Shown here: piece by piece, positions 28,282 through 43,475 of the stretch
How the letters are laid out: every line of letters begins with the position of its first letter
Numbering within the stretch: the first letter of the stretch is position 1
Source: the human T2T-CHM13v2.0 reference genome, Homo sapiens
Assembly (NCBI RefSeq): GCF_009914755.1
Contig: NC_060934.1
DNA length: 64,000 bases
Direction: 5' to 3' (one strand)
Translations under genes and position numbers: made by a program
The notes under the pieces: generated by a model
What the model was told of the DNA's origin: nothing
The model's input: the letters and a program-made list of their open reading frames with translations, nothing else
Databases searched by the model: none

Positions 28282-28633
28282 TGATATCGTTTGGCTCTGT
28301 GTCCCCACCCAAATCTCATTTCAAATTGTAATCCCCACATGTTAGAGGAAAGGCATGGGGGGAGGTGATTGGATCATGGCGGTGGATTTCTCTCTTGCTG
28401 TTCTCATGATAGTGAGTAAGTTCTCAAAAGATCTGATATTTTTAAGGTGTGGCAATTCCCCCCTTGCTCTTTTACTCTCTCTTGCCACCATGTAAGATGT
28501 GTCTTGCTTCTCCTTCACCTTCTGCCATGATTGTAAGTTTCCCCAGCCCTGCAGAACTGTGAGTCAATTAAACCTCTTTTTCTTTATAAATTACCCATTC
28601 TCAAGTAGTTCTTTATAGCACTGTGAAAATACA
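28282..28633 (+). mobile_element. MSTA-like MaLR solo LTR
   Basis: tgatatcgtttggctctgtgtccccacccaaatctc...gagtcaattaaacctc. Confidence 0.85.
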
Positions 28634-29785
28634 ATAACCAACACTTATACAATACAATAACCAACACTTAACTAGTATTAATTATATACCCCTATTAAGC
28701 AAAAGGATTTCTTGAGTGAAGTAAACCCAATAACCAGTATTTCTTTTCAAAAACATCTATAAAAATACTAGGTTTCTATAAAATTTTCCAGATACCACTT
28801 GATAGTCATTCAATTGAACATTGAATATGCTTTGTCTCAATTTCCAACATTCAAGATAAATATTTTTTCTATTTTATTACCTTTTTCATTTTATCATTAA
28901 AATTATTATATCATATTTTTTCATTTTTAAAGAGAGAGTATTTCAGTAACTTTATAAATTAAGTAAGTTTTTGCTGGCCATTTTGGAAAACTAAACAACT
29001 ATTTTAAAAGAGGAAAACGCACACCGGAATCAACAAGTAAAAATTGAATGTCATTTTTATTACTATTTTTACTTATAAGAATTATAGAAATATTTGGTTA
29101 TTTCAATTCCCTATGTGTATAACTCATCACAATTTGATAAGGAGATAGGTTTAAGTGTATGTGTATATAAAAAGAGACTGAAAGGAAAAAGATAAGTAGT
29201 TATCTCTGATTGGTTGTTGGGATTAGCTATATTTTCCAAATACTCTAGAATGAATATGTATTACTTTCGTATTATTAATTGGGTTAGGGATTAAAAAAAA
29301 ATTAGGCCTGTATGTTAAAGTTGAACCAGCATCGTCAGGAAGGATATAAAAATCACCTGCCAAACAATGTCCATTTCAATTTACTGTATGTCCTTTCTAG
29401 GACCACTGTGAGCAGTTGTAGGTACCTGTGAGAGTGCTCAATGTAAAAAAAAATTTCTGTTACCCTAAATTGGGTTAATGATAAGTGTCTAAAGGAGATG
29501 TAGATCTAGCATATAAGACCTTCTAGATAAATTTAAAGACATCAGGAATGAAGGCTGCAGAGGAGTACTTTGGAAAAAAAGTTTAGTAATGAAAAGCAAT
29601 ATGAATTGTTTCAGAAATACCGTGACTTGGAGACATGGGAAGTGTATCAAACAGAAGTCGAGGACAGACATAAATGAAGTGACTGGCTTTCAATACGACA
29701 GATGTCCAAGACGGAAAAATGTCACCCAGGGCAAGAAAATGACTCAGGCTGGAATAAAGAAACTAGCTGCAGAGAGAATAATTTA

Positions 29786-29999
<214 letters not shown>

Positions 30000-30412
30000 T
30001 TAGGATCTATTGTCTTCTTTTATCTCAAGCTGGTGGAAATAGCTCTGCATTTAAAGGTAGAAATAAGGATGGAGCAGATAGACAACCCAAAACTAAGAGT
30101 CATAACTATAAAATACCTAAATACATATTAATTTTCACCAAGCTAAAGTGAAAAATGAAATGTTCAATACTATCTATGCTGTATTTGTACGTATGGGATA
30201 TGGTGTGTGGTGGATACTGGGCTGGGCCCTTGAAACTATGAGGCTAATAACACTGAGAAGGGAAGATGGGAGAAAAAGCAGTATGGGAGGTCTTAAAGTC
30301 TTGGTAACTTCAGAAATGTGCTAGGATTTGTGGGCAGCAGATATTTCAAAACATTAAGTAAAGAACACTGGAGTTAAAGGCATGGAGCTTCAGAAAGTTA
30401 TTAGCACTGATA

Positions 30413-30590
30413 GCCAACCACGGTGGTGGGTGCCTGTAGTCTCAGTTACTTGGGAGGCTGGGGTGGGAGGATTGCTGGAGCCCAGGAGTTCAAGGCTGCA
30501 GTGAGCTATGATCATATCACTGCACTCCAGCCTGGGTGACGGAGACCCCATCTTTAAAACAAAACAAAACAAAGATAAGAAGAAAAGAAA
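30413..30590 (+). mobile_element. Alu right-arm monomer
   Basis: gtggtgggtgcctgtagtc...cagcctgggtgac plus A-tail. Confidence 0.8.
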
Positions 30591-32944
30591 GTTACTGGCA
30601 CTGAGAGCCAGACAGATGCCCAAAGTAAGAGCCCATTAAGAATTTCCACCATGAGATAACTGGAACAGTAATTTTCATATTAAAAATAGCTTTCTTCCTG
30701 CACTTAAAGGGATGGTTCGAGGAAGCAGATTCTAAAGGAGAGGTGAAAAAGAAGACATGCTCTGGATGTTTGGAGATACAGCTATAAGCCAACATCCTCG
30801 GCAAGCCCTGTACCACCCCAATGCCACCACTCCCTGTTCCAGTGGGTAGACATGGGTGGGAGCAGCATGAGTGATTACCGTTAGGGGGCTAATATCACCG
30901 TCTTTATTTCATCATGTCTCCAACATCCTGAGAAGGACATAGTGGCCACTATCCCTCAACCAAAGAAACTGATGAGTGCAGTAGGAACCTGCTTTGGAGG
31001 GTTCACATTGGGACTCATCAAGGTGGAAGGTAAAAATCTGAAGATACAATTGAAATCTAGATAGCCTTGAATGGTATGGACAAGGAGACATAAAATCTGC
31101 TTACTAAATCAGAATAATAAGATGAAAGGTCAATAATAAGCATAGAAAGGTCAATAATGGAATAATAATAGTAGAGGTCATCCCTAGAAGGTTGAAAACA
31201 TTTTCAAGTAAATATAAGAAACTCCTTATTGTAAGTAGTAGTGCAGGCTGGAAAAATATACTTATTTAGTTCAAATCATGTGACAGGCACTAGGAATAAA
31301 GTTAGTCCCTGCCCTCACAGGGTTCAAGGTCTAAATGGAATAATAGATATGAAATAACTCAACAAGTAAATAGCTCAGCTGTTGGAAATCAAACAAGGAG
31401 AAGAAAAGAAAAAGGACATAGTGCTATAAAAGAAAATCTTTATAAAATTCAAAACCATTTAAAATATGTCGCCATTGATTTCCTTATTAATAGGTTTTAA
31501 TACCTCCATCTTTCTCTAATAGTTTTCAGTTTATTAGAAATAGTATGTGAACTTTTTAGATTAAAAATTTCCAGCACAGATTTATCACTTATTATATCCT
31601 TTTATTCCTTGAAATGGATGATTGTCAGGTAGAAATTTAGGACAAAGGAGCTGGAAAATATTCATGAGACTCAGGAACAAAGCTATTACTCCAACTGTAA
31701 GGTTTCATTATAAGCACGTAAATATAGTTCAAAGTTACCACATCTGTAAACTCAAAAATGCTGCTCACTTGGCTGGATCCAATCAATATTTGCTAACCAT
31801 TATTTTAGTTATTCTTCATATAGACAGACGCTTTGTTTCTTAGAAGAAATCACTGTCCATAACCAAAAAAAAACTTAATTGTGAAATGGTTTTATTTAAA
31901 ACAGTCTTTTCTGGTTATTGAACATTTCATATGAATAAATTAATCTTCATGCATATGATAGCTTATCTGAAATAGCTTCCCAATTCTTTAAAATACCAAA
32001 GGCTTCTTTTCTCAGAATAAGGCATTTTGCCATCACGTGGTTTATTAGCAGAATAGGAAAATTAATCTTATTCTAAGCAAAAGCAGAAATATAATTAGCC
32101 AAACCAAGAAAAGTGTGACATTTGCCCATGAACTCTTCATTCAGATAATATATCTATTTTGGGAACTCATGAGACAGAAGCAAGACAAAAATATGAGAAG
32201 ATATTAGGTTTCTCTAACTATTGTTCAAAATTAGAAAATGGATGTGGCTTTTATGTTGACTCTTTCAATACCTATATGAAGATAGTTAAAGGATGTATGA
32301 AATTAAAAAGCGACATCAGTGATTATTAGTAACTACTTCACAGGAAGCAAACGGGAGTATCATTGTAGTTAGTGGTATGTGAACGACTGATTGTACTGGT
32401 TTATCTTCATGCTCTCGCCTCTTCTCTTTAACTCTACGCAGTACATAGTATGGGATTATCTTTACCACATGCCCCTAGAGATTCTGTTTCACTTCACTCA
32501 GAACCTAGAAACCACTTGCTCCAAAACTTGAAAAATATTAAGAGCTGATGTCCCCAGACTGCTCCTCAACCTTGAGCTCGAACCACTAAGCTCCAGGGTA
32601 AATTCGTTTAAAATGATTGTGCTTAAATTTTCATGTGGGTCTAAATTTGCTGGGAGAGAAAGTCTTTTGTTTGTATTTTCGCACATTGAGAATATTTACC
32701 ATGATTATTACACTGAAGAGCCTAACTATTCATTTACCCCATTTTTAAGATGTAGTAAAGACATTTTCCTCTGTGGAGGAAGCTATTGTGCAAGATTTTA
32801 TCATGTATTGGCGGAAAATTTGAGTGTCTGAATTTTGTTTCACATATGTGTTCAGCTTTGCATGTGTATTTCTGTGTGCATATAGAACATAGAAAAGAGT
32901 CTAGATTAGAAGATAATGTACTGACAATGTTCAAAGTGATTATT

Positions 32945-33488
32945 TCATCACGCAGGTAATAAGCATAGTACTCCATAGGAAGTTTTTTGATTCTCTCCCT
33001 CCTCCCAGCCTCCACCCTCAAGTAGGCCATGGTGTCTCTTTTTCCGCTTTTTGTGTTCATGTGTTCTCATGGTGTATCTCCCACTTATAAGTGAGAGCAT
33101 GCAGTATCTGGTTTTCTGTTTCTGCATTAGTTTGCTTAGGATAATGGCCTCTAGCTCCATCCATATTGCTGCAAAGGACATGATCTTTTTCTTTTTTATG
33201 GCTGCTTAGTATTCTGTGGTGAATATGTACCATATTTTCTTTATTCAGTCTACTATTGATGGGCATATAGGTTGATTCCATGTCTTTGCTATTGTGAATA
33301 GTGCTGCAATGAACATACATGTGCATGTGTTTTTATGGCAGGATGATTTACATTCCACTGGGTATATGCCCAATAATGGGATTGCTGGGTTGAACGGTAA
33401 TTCTATTTTAAGTTTTTCAAGGAATTGCTACGCTACTTTTCACAATGGCTGAACTAATTTACATTCCCACCAGCAGTGTATAAGCGTT
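32945..33488 (-). mobile_element. L1PA15/16-like 3' fragment
   Basis: MSFAAIWMELEAIILSKL on minus strand. Confidence 0.87.
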
Positions 33489-35294
33489 ACAAAAGATTAT
33501 TTATGAAGACAGAGATTATATGGGAGTATTCTTTTCTTTAGCATGTTCCTCTTTATTTTCTAGATTTTTTTTGCAGTGAGCATACCTTACTTCATGATGA
33601 GGAAAAAAATTGTTATTTCTCCAAAATGACTGAGCAGTTTGTATGAACACAATACTGCAATAAGTAATTACGGGAATTAAAAAAAAACTTTTTTTCTTTT
33701 TTGGAGCTTTCAATATTCACAAATAAATTGACGCTATGTGATAATATTTGTATTGCCTGTTATGTATCAGATACTTCTCCCATTTAATTTCACATACTCT
33801 ATCTCCTTTAATCCAAATATAGAGAATACATGTAAATCCACTCCATGTTATTGTAAATAATGTTGACAATGAACATAGAGATGCATATTTTATAATAGTA
33901 AGTTACAAACACAAAGTAAAAATAGGCAGACAGAAAGCTATGCATAAAGACTAAAGGGAAAGCAGTCTAGATAGTGATAATTTTTTTCTACCAACTAAAT
34001 TTACTAGTAGGAGCATGTATCCTTCCCATAATGGGAGAAAAAATGAACTTTTAATGATTTTTAACATATATGACAGCCATGGAACAATTCTGTGCTAACT
34101 TTGGGGTACTTATGTGCAGCATATTGGACATTTAGTGAAAAGAGAGACCACTGTGAGATGATGAAGCTGGAGAAGGCTTCAAGAAGCAATGCAGGGCTCC
34201 CTGAGTACTTTAAAGGAAGGGAAAGTTTCTTTAAGAATGTGGAAGGAGGACAAGGAGGACGTTATAGAAAGAAAATAACTTGTACAACAGCAACAAGAAC
34301 TGGTCCATTTATAAAACAGGAGCTTGCTCAGGTGGTGGCTATGAGGATTAAGTAAGTTGGTGCACCTGGCATCATGCCTGAATGAAAGGTGCTCAGGAAA
34401 TATTAGCCATCATGATGATGGTGCTGGTGAGAATGGAGAAGAGGGATGAATTCAAGACACAGTCCAAAGGACTAAATGGTAAACTTGTTCACAGTCTGGT
34501 TCCTTGAATAGAAATAAAAGTGCCAAATAGGCCTTCATTGTTTCTCTCCCAAGAGAGCAGAAGGAGAGTGCCCGTGTCAGAAGGGGAACAGGCTGGGGAG
34601 CTGGGCAGCAGGGGTAGGTGATGAGACAAGTTTGGGACACTCAGAGTTAAAAGTTTGGGAGGTAAAGGAAGTGTGGCCAGTGAGGCGGAGAACACAGAGG
34701 TGGCATCAGAGAAACAAGAGAGGGAAGATTTTTCAGGGATGTCATCAACTCTTCAGCCAGCGGAATGCAGGCGGAGTTGAAGAAGTGGAAAGAGAAGTCC
34801 CTCAGTGCTATACTAATTGTGTCACCACTTGAAGCACCCTGCTTTCCCTATTCTTGCATCTAATTGCAGTACGCTACCATGAAACCAGTTCATTCTGTGC
34901 TCAATTTGCTGTTCTGCTTAAAGGGACTTAAACTTGATACCTGAAGGCCAGTTGCTACGGGCCATTACATTTATTTCCTTCCAGGCATTGTATGTAGATA
35001 AGCAATTAGATGAGGGAAAAGAAGTTGAGAGTCATTTATCATGGAGAAAAAAAAAAAAAACCATTCAACAAGGCTGTACAAGCAAACCTATTTAGATTGA
35101 AGAAAACATAACGTTTAATTCTCAGAAACAAATGCAAGCCTCGGTCCAAGTCTTCCTTCCCAAACCTTTGTCATTTAGGGATTGAGAAGCTGAGTTGGGT
35201 GAAAGGTTGAATAGAAAACAAAAAGGAAAGCTAGAAACACGCTGAGCTCATGGAGATGCAGCTTCTTCTGTAGCTCCTAAAGCCCAGCTGAGGT

Positions 35295-35475
35295 ATCATC
35301 TAATGAGAATTCTCTCTATGCCAGGCACTGCGCTAAGCATTTCACATCATTAACCAATGTGAGTTTTAGGCAACCCCGAAGCAGGCAGTCTGTTCATCCC
35401 AATTGCAGCTGAGAAACAGGGTGAGTGAGGCCAAGCAGCTGGCCCAAGGTCCCCTGCCTGGTAAGTGGCACAGCC
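35295..35475 (-). mobile_element. MIR SINE
   Basis: tatgccaggcactgcgctaagcatttcaca...gagaaacagggtgagtgagg...cccaaggtc. Confidence 0.7.
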
Positions 35476-36016
35476 TGCAGCCCTGCCAGGTGGTCCTGCT
35501 AACCAAGCCGGCGCTTTTCTGTCACCATGCCGTATCGCCTCCCGTACTATCAAAATGTACTATCAAATTTACCTCAAAAGAAAACCCTCTGTCTTCTGAG
35601 AAGCTCCGGAAGGTCCAACACGTTGCCTGCCAACAAAAAAACATGAAGAGTTAAAAATTAGCTATCGTACGTAAATTATTAGCCATTTACATTGTATGTA
35701 AATTATGTTTCATTAAACTTTAAAAATTAGAAAAAGATTTTCTTCTGGTAGATTTCCTTAAAAAAGTGTTACCTTTAAGTTTTACACTTAAGTGACCCAT
35801 GTTATCTGTTTTAATGAATAATTTTCCTAATAGAAAATTATTATGTGGAAAACTACGACGGTAGCGGGTGGCAATTTAGGATAAAAAGTGATCAAGTGAA
35901 CTCAGGACAGCGAACTCTTTCTAACTGCGCACAAATATAACTGTCTATTCTCTTCCTGGTGGCATCAACTCAAAATTTCAGTTCATTCATTTATTCAGCA
36001 AATATTTATAAACCAA

Positions 36017-36091
36017 ATGAACCATATGAAATCGCCATTCTTGTAGGTCAAAAATGGTCATATGTGGGTAATTCCAAATAGTTCAACCTAA
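36017..36091. mobile_element. MADE2 mariner-derived MITE
   Basis: tgaaccatatgaaatcgcc...gtaggtcaaaaatggtc...aattccaaatagttcaaccta. Confidence 0.75.
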
Positions 36092-37134
36092 TATGAAGAA
36101 CCCTCTGTGTGGTAGAATAGATAATATCATGGGAGCTGGGAATATAGTCTTGCATAAATGGACCAAGGTCCTGCCTTTATCTTGCTACATTCTGGTGGTC
36201 TAAGACATAAACAAGCAAAAAGATACATTAACAAAATTATCCCAAATTGTGATAAGAAATAAACAGGATAAAATAATTAATAACTTACTTGAGGTGAATT
36301 GAAAGCTACACTGAATAAAGAGATCAGAAAAAGTAAGGTGGATGGAACATCAGAGGAAGATCATTCCAGACAAGGGGAGAGGCAGGTTGAACGTCCATGA
36401 AGCAGATTGAAACTCCTTAGCAGGGCCCTGCTGAGTGAGGGGACTTGTTATTAGGGGAGTTCAGAGAAGTAAATGGAAGTGAGTTTTGTAGGGCTTCAAG
36501 GACCCTGACAAAGAGTTTGAATTTTATTCTAAGTTAGAAGAAAGTCACTGAAGGCTTTTTGCCTAAAGAGTTGACATGATTCAGTTAATGTATTAAAATA
36601 TAACTTATGGTGATGGGTACAGTGGCTCAAACCTGTAATCCCTGCTAGTTGGGAGGTTGAGGCAGGAGGTTTGATCCCAGGAGTTCAAGGGCAACAGAAG
36701 GAGACCTTGTATCTTTTATATCTATATCTATATCCATCTATATCTTATGGGTAAAGGAAATATTCTATATTTTTATCATAGTGGTTACATGACTGAATAT
36801 ATTTGTCAAAACTCACTGGAATGTATACCTAAATATGTGAATTGCTGCATTTTACTCTATGCAAATTGTACCTCAAAAAACCTAACCAAAAACAAACAAA
36901 TGAAAAGATAACTCTGAGCTGAAGCCATTAAAAATTATTTATCTGGAAGCTATTGGTATGTCTTGTTTGTTTGTTTCCTTTTGGTGGTATCATTTGTTGA
37001 ACTCTGCCTGCTTAAACTCTGCACATGTATTTTTTTTTGTAAAATTAAAATTATATTTTATGAAAGATAACTCTGGCTACTGACTGGAGAGGAATTTATA
37101 AGACAGCAAGACTAGAGACTGGGAGACCATTTAG

Positions 37135-37188
37135 GAGACTATGGCAAGAAATGAGACTATGGCAAGAAATGAGACTATGGCAAGAAAT
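37135..37188 (+). repeat. Perfect tandem repeat, 3 x 18 bp (gagactatggcaagaaat)
   Basis: Read directly. Confidence 0.95.
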
Positions 37189-37530
37189 AGTCGTGGTGGT
37201 GATAGTGGAACTGAGAAATGGGAATAACATTAAAAACATAATTTGGAAGTAGAACTGACAAGACTTACTGATGGGTTGGATGTGGGCAGAGGGGGTAAAG
37301 AAAAAGAAATCAAGGATGACTTTTGGGGTGGGGGTGTCCACATGGACAAGGCATGGTTGAAAAGAGGGAACAAACAGTTCAATGAAGGGTTTGTTTTGGA
37401 CTTTAAAATATTTGAGGCGGCTATTTATTATTCATCCAAGTGGAGGAGTCAAGAAGGAAGTTGGACACAGAGGCCTGCAGTTGAAGGAAGAGATGAGGAC
37501 TAAATCTGTATGTCATCAGTATACATACGA

Positions 37531-37888
37531 TGTCTTAGTCACTTTGTGCTGCACAATATTACAGACTGGGTAATTTATAAATTATAGATATTTATTTCTC
37601 TCAGTTCTAAGGGCTGGGAAGTCCAAGATCAAGGCACCAGCAAGTTTGGTGTCTGATGAGGACCTGGCATCTTCTCACTGTAGCATCCTTACATGGGAGA
37701 AAGGAGAAGAACAAAAAGAGCTTAGCTAGTTCCCTCCATCCCTTTTATAAGGTTCTAATTCATTTATACAGGCAGATCCCTCACGACCTAATCACCTCCT
37801 AAAGGCCTTGCCTCTTGACAATGCTGCACTGGGGATTGAGTCTCAATATGAATTTTGAAGGGGACATATACATTCAAACCATTTCACA
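37531..37888 (-). mobile_element. MLT1A/MST-type MaLR LTR
   Basis: tgtcttagtc...gggaagtccaagatcaaggcacc...cattcaaaccat. Confidence 0.8.
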
Positions 37889-38058
37889 TGGTATTTAAAG
37901 CCTTGGGCTGGATTGAGATAGAAGACCAAGGGTAAAGAAGAGGGCCCTATAGCACTACAAATTTGGAAGACTAGTAGGGAAGGAGGATCAGCCAAGCAGG
38001 GAGATCCACATTGTCTGTTCCAAGAGGTATATATATTTAACCCTTTGAGTGTTGAATC

Positions 38059-38450
38059 TGTGAATTAGTCAGTTTGGCTGCCATAACAAAACACCATAGA
38101 CTGGGTGGCTTAAACAATAGATATTAATTTTTTCACAGCTCTGAAGAGGGAAGAGGAAGATCAGGGTGCCAGCGTGGTTGGCTTCTAGTGAGTGCACTCT
38201 GTGCCTTGCAGATAGCTGCCTTCTCACTGCACGCTCATGTGGCCTTTCCTCGGTGCTTGCCATAGAGAGAGCTCTCTCTCTCTCTCCGTCTTTTTATGAG
38301 GCTACAGTCCTATAGAATTAGGGTGCCACCCTTATGACTCCTGTAGCCTTAGTTATCTGCCAAGGACCCTATCTTCAGATACAATCACACTGAGGATTAG
38401 GGCTTCAACGTATGAGTTTGTCAGGGGAGGACACAATTCAGTTCACAGTA
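38059..38450 (-). mobile_element. MLT1B-type MaLR LTR
   Basis: ggctgccataacaaaacaccatagactgggtggcttaaacaa. Confidence 0.8.
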
Positions 38451-39034
38451 ACCTGCAAGGAGACATATCAGGGGCACATTCTTGTCACACGGCCAAACTT
38501 CCATTGCAAAATGACTACATTACAATGGATCTTTATATGAGTGTCTAGCACATTGTTGCAATTATTTGATGAACTATCATTTTGAATTTGTTCAGCTGCA
38601 CTTGTGGAGGAGGAGGGGTAGGAGATGAAAAAGAAGAAGAAGATGATCATCGATTATGTACTCACTCTGTATCAAGCACTGTTCTAAGTACTTTTGCATG
38701 CATCACTACTTCGTCCAGTTTTTATGATAACCCTTTGAGGTAGATATTTTGTTTTACAGATGAGGAAACAGAGGCCCCAAGAAGTTAAATAACTTGCTTA
38801 AGATCACAGAGCTAATGAGTGGCAGAACAATTATTCTAGCTCTGATTTTAAGGGATTTACTTAACTTTTACTTGGAATTCATGGAGTCATTGGGCTTTAT
38901 TTAATAAGTATCTCATCATATTCTAGTTATATCATCTCCTATAAGTGTTCAAAATTTGATAAAATTCAGATCAAAGGTGTTTTGGGGGCATTTTGGTGTC
39001 AGAAGCCATGAGGCCATTAAAACTCATGAGGGCT

Positions 39035-39515
39035 GCTTTAGTTTCCTAGGGCTGCCATAATAAAGTAGCACAAACTAGAAAGCTGTACATCTGAAATCAA
39101 GGTGTAAGCAGAGCCGTGTTTCCTCTGAAACCTGTAGGGGAATCCTTCCTCTCTTCTTAGCTTCTGGTGGTTTTATAGCAAGCTTTGACACGTAGTGAAA
39201 TCTGACACAAATTAAGTACATAAGAAGCTGTTCCTTGGTTTTCAGCTGCATAACTCCAGTCTCTGTCTTCATCATTGCATGGTCTTCTCCTTGTGTGTTT
39301 CTGTCTTCACATGGCCATCTTCTAATAAGGCCACCAGTCATATTGGATCAGAGGCCTACCCTACTCCAGTATGACCTCATTTTTATTTAACTAATTATAT
39401 CTGCAATGATCCTATTTCCAAATAAGGTCACATTCTGAGATACTGGGGGTTAGGAAGATATGTTGAAGAGCATGTCTTTTTTTTTGGTGGGGGTTGGGGA
39501 GGATACAATTCAACC
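39035..39515 (-). mobile_element. MLT1C-type MaLR LTR
   Basis: tttcctagggctgccataa...ctatttccaaataaggtcacattctgag. Confidence 0.8.
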
Positions 39516-42023
39516 CAGAATTCCAGACAGGGGCTTTGTGGATAGAGTTTATAATCTTAAGGAAGCACATCCCTTATTTCATCTCCCCTTTTCCCAATCC
39601 TAACATCCACAGAAAATTTCCTGCCAGCAGTTCCTTCCTTGGGTTTAAGGATTCCCCAATGCCAGATGTTAAGTCTGCTAGGAAATCTGTAGACCACAGG
39701 GAAGAAAATGCAAAAAGAAAATAAAGTCCTCAAATGCAGCTAAAAATTGCTAGCTTCTATTTTTAAAATAAAGCAACATAATACTTTTTCTTCCAATTTA
39801 TCTACCTTCAAAAGTCCCAACAAATGTTGTTCGTAGTACTGAAATCTATCATTTCCCTTTATTTTTTCCATTCTTCAAATTGAGCTATTAAGTCAAATGC
39901 TAATTACATGAAACATTGTTCTCTGTTAATAAATGTTTTGAGAAGTTCTGCCGCCTCAAATAAACAAATAAAACATTAAGTCAGTGTGGCATTTCAGTTG
40001 AATAGGGAAAAACTAGATTACTTAATAAATGGTACAGCAATATTTGGCTAACCATTTGGGAAAAAATAAAATTAGATGCCTACTTCACAAATTAAATTTC
40101 AGATTTGTTAAAGATTTATATATAATTAAATTAAAGACAGATCCTTAAAATTCAATAAAATTTAAAAAATTGCAAAATAAAATATGTGGCTATTTAGTGT
40201 ATTTGGGTATTGGGAAGTCTTTTGACTAGTTATAAACACTAAGATATAATTTACAAAGAGATAAATCAACTTACAAAAAACTTAAAACTTCATGTATATA
40301 TAGAAAGCAGCACTATAACATGGAAAAAGGAAAGATGCATACAGTATATGACAAATAATATGTTTATATTATGCATATAAAAACACTTACAAATAATTTG
40401 CAAATTAATGTTCCAATAGAAAAATGAGAAATAATTTTAAAAGGCAATTCACAAAAGAAGAAATACAAATAACCATTAAACATATGAAAAGATGTTTCTT
40501 TTTACTTAAAAAACAAATAGGATCTTTCAGGCCTCTTTCAGTTCTAACACACTGTGATTCTGAATACAAAGGTTTCAGTTGGAACATTTTTGCATAGATT
40601 TGCCCTTGAACTGAACCTCCAGTGCAAAATACTTTAATTGCTAACATAAAGTTTCATAAAAGCACATAAATCTCATTTATTATAGTTCTAATATGAAAAT
40701 CTGGATCTCTTTAGAACCAGCTTTATTAGGATCTCTTGGCTGCATATGTCAGAATCTCAACTCAAACTCTCTTATGAAAAAAATTCAGCAGATGTCTACC
40801 ACCTCCACACATTCCTACATCCTTAATCTCCCTGTGTTTTAAAACTCTAAATGAGTTCTCTTAGAAATATAAAGGCAAAGACACCTCATTCTTCTCTCTT
40901 GCTGAGTGGAGAAGAATTAAATTCTCATACTTATAAGTCGAACAGCTTTAAGTAGAATAGACATGGAGGGCCAGCTAACCTCTCCAGCGACTTCCTAGTA
41001 ATTTAACTTTTCAGTTCCAGAAGTTTCTAGAAGAAAACCCCATTCCTGGCTTAACTCAGCCTATAACCTGAGCCTCTAGTTGCATCTCACTGAAGCACCA
41101 TAAGAATAGCAACCATGTGTTTAGAACAGCAACCATACGACAGCAACCATGTGTCATGGCTTATTCTCATCAAGCCTCCAGGTTGTAGGGAGCTTCGGTG
41201 ATTATATTTTTGTTTAACAGCCCTCTCACCCACCCTCCTCTTGGGTTCCTTGGGTAATCACTCCCTCTCTTTCCATGTGGTCCAGGCAAACCTGTCAATC
41301 ACAACATCTTCACCACCTTCCCCTTGCCAAAGGCTTACAACCCAAGCCAGTCAATCAGAATGTTCCTAGGGTTGGATTAATTGTTGTTAGGAGAAATGCA
41401 CTTTTTGCCATGGAGCAGGCAAACTCAGGATGAGAAGCTGGGCTACTGGTGGCCAAAGAAAGTGATTTCTCACAGGAGAAGTTGAGGAAAGAAACAGGGA
41501 GGCAGGGCCAGAGATGATGAGGGAGACAGAGAACTCCGTAAACAGGAGTACCGAAGTTTGTTGTAGCCCCGGACTTCCCAGATGTGTAAGACAATAAATT
41601 CTCTTTTTGCTTACTAGCTTGAATTGGGTTTCTGTCATTTAAAACCTAATGGCTCCAACTTGTGGGCACTTCTGACTTACAGGGCAGCTCCCACAGACCT
41701 CAGTAGCTTTACCAGTCTTCCTTGTCTTGTGAGCTACCATCTTCTACTCTTTTGGGAGTGTGCGTGCATGCTTAGGATTATCAAATGATTTCAATGACAA
41801 CAAAGAACTGATTGTGGTTTTGTTCTTCCAAAAATTCATCTTTCACTTCCAAAGAAGTGAGATTTTACACACACACACACACACGCACACACGCACACAC
41901 ACACTGCATTTCTGTTGGGTCCACTGATTCATGAATTTACCCTGACACTAAACATTCCTTTCCATTCTAGTTTTCAATACAGAGCCAGTTTCAGCAAGCT
42001 TAGAATAGCAGGTTCTTTGCTGA

Positions 42024-42870
<847 letters not shown>

Positions 42871-43475
42871 CACCTTACAAGTGGTGGCGCTCGCTTCTCC
42901 AAAGAGAATCTGAGTTCTTTCTAAAATACCAATCCTTTGTTAAAATGAGATGGAGAGTAGATGAGGGAATGCAGCGGCAATAGGGAAGACAACTATTCCA
43001 GGTAGAAGAGAAATGCTGTATCATCCACACACATTCCTCAACATACCTAAAGCTACCTTTAATGGTTTTAAGTAAGAAAATGGCTGAGGGATTTAAAAAT
43101 CTTTAATGGGAATTAGAAAGCCCCTAGCAATACAACTCAGTAAACTGGCATTAAGATACAGCCATGCGATTATCGTGGATGGGAAAACGGCAAGATTGTA
43201 ACAATCTGCAAGCATGTTGATTGATCAGAGTTGCAAAGTACTATGAGCTGGCCGATGGCATACACAAAGTGCAGAGGAGCTCTCAACTCTGTAAGAAGAA
43301 CAATGCCGGAGGAGTAGAATAGCTATCCTTAGCCCAGGTGCTCACTGCCCCTGTCACGTATGCTCATGCCACACCTGAGATACCAGGAGGGCAGCGTCTT
43401 GTCCTATGTCCTCCCATTACTTTCATTCCCAAAGTATTTCTGCCTATAGAGCTCTTCCGGCCTCTAAACTCCTTC

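Larger units (their letters stand above)
35980..37530 (-). mobile_element. Fragmented L2 interrupted by MADE2, an Alu fragment and an L1 tail
   Basis: ttcattcatttattcagcaaatattta 3' end; agagtttggaattttattctaag; gatgggttggatgtgg. Confidence 0.65.

Noticed and set aside
30910-31065. Frame ...LIKVEGKNLKIQLK, faintly Rab-like
   Set aside because: No G-box motifs (no WDTAGQ) and stops follow; likely chance
37135-37188. CRISPR-like array
   Set aside because: Direct tandem units without spacers, in eukaryotic DNA
41108-41152. Three agcaaccat copies as a possible motif array
   Set aside because: Irregular spacing; most simply local slippage
42884-42900. U6-like 5' end (gcgctcgcttc) and a CTCF-like ggtggcgct
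   Set aside because: Only about 10 nt match U6; the CTCF core is poorly matched
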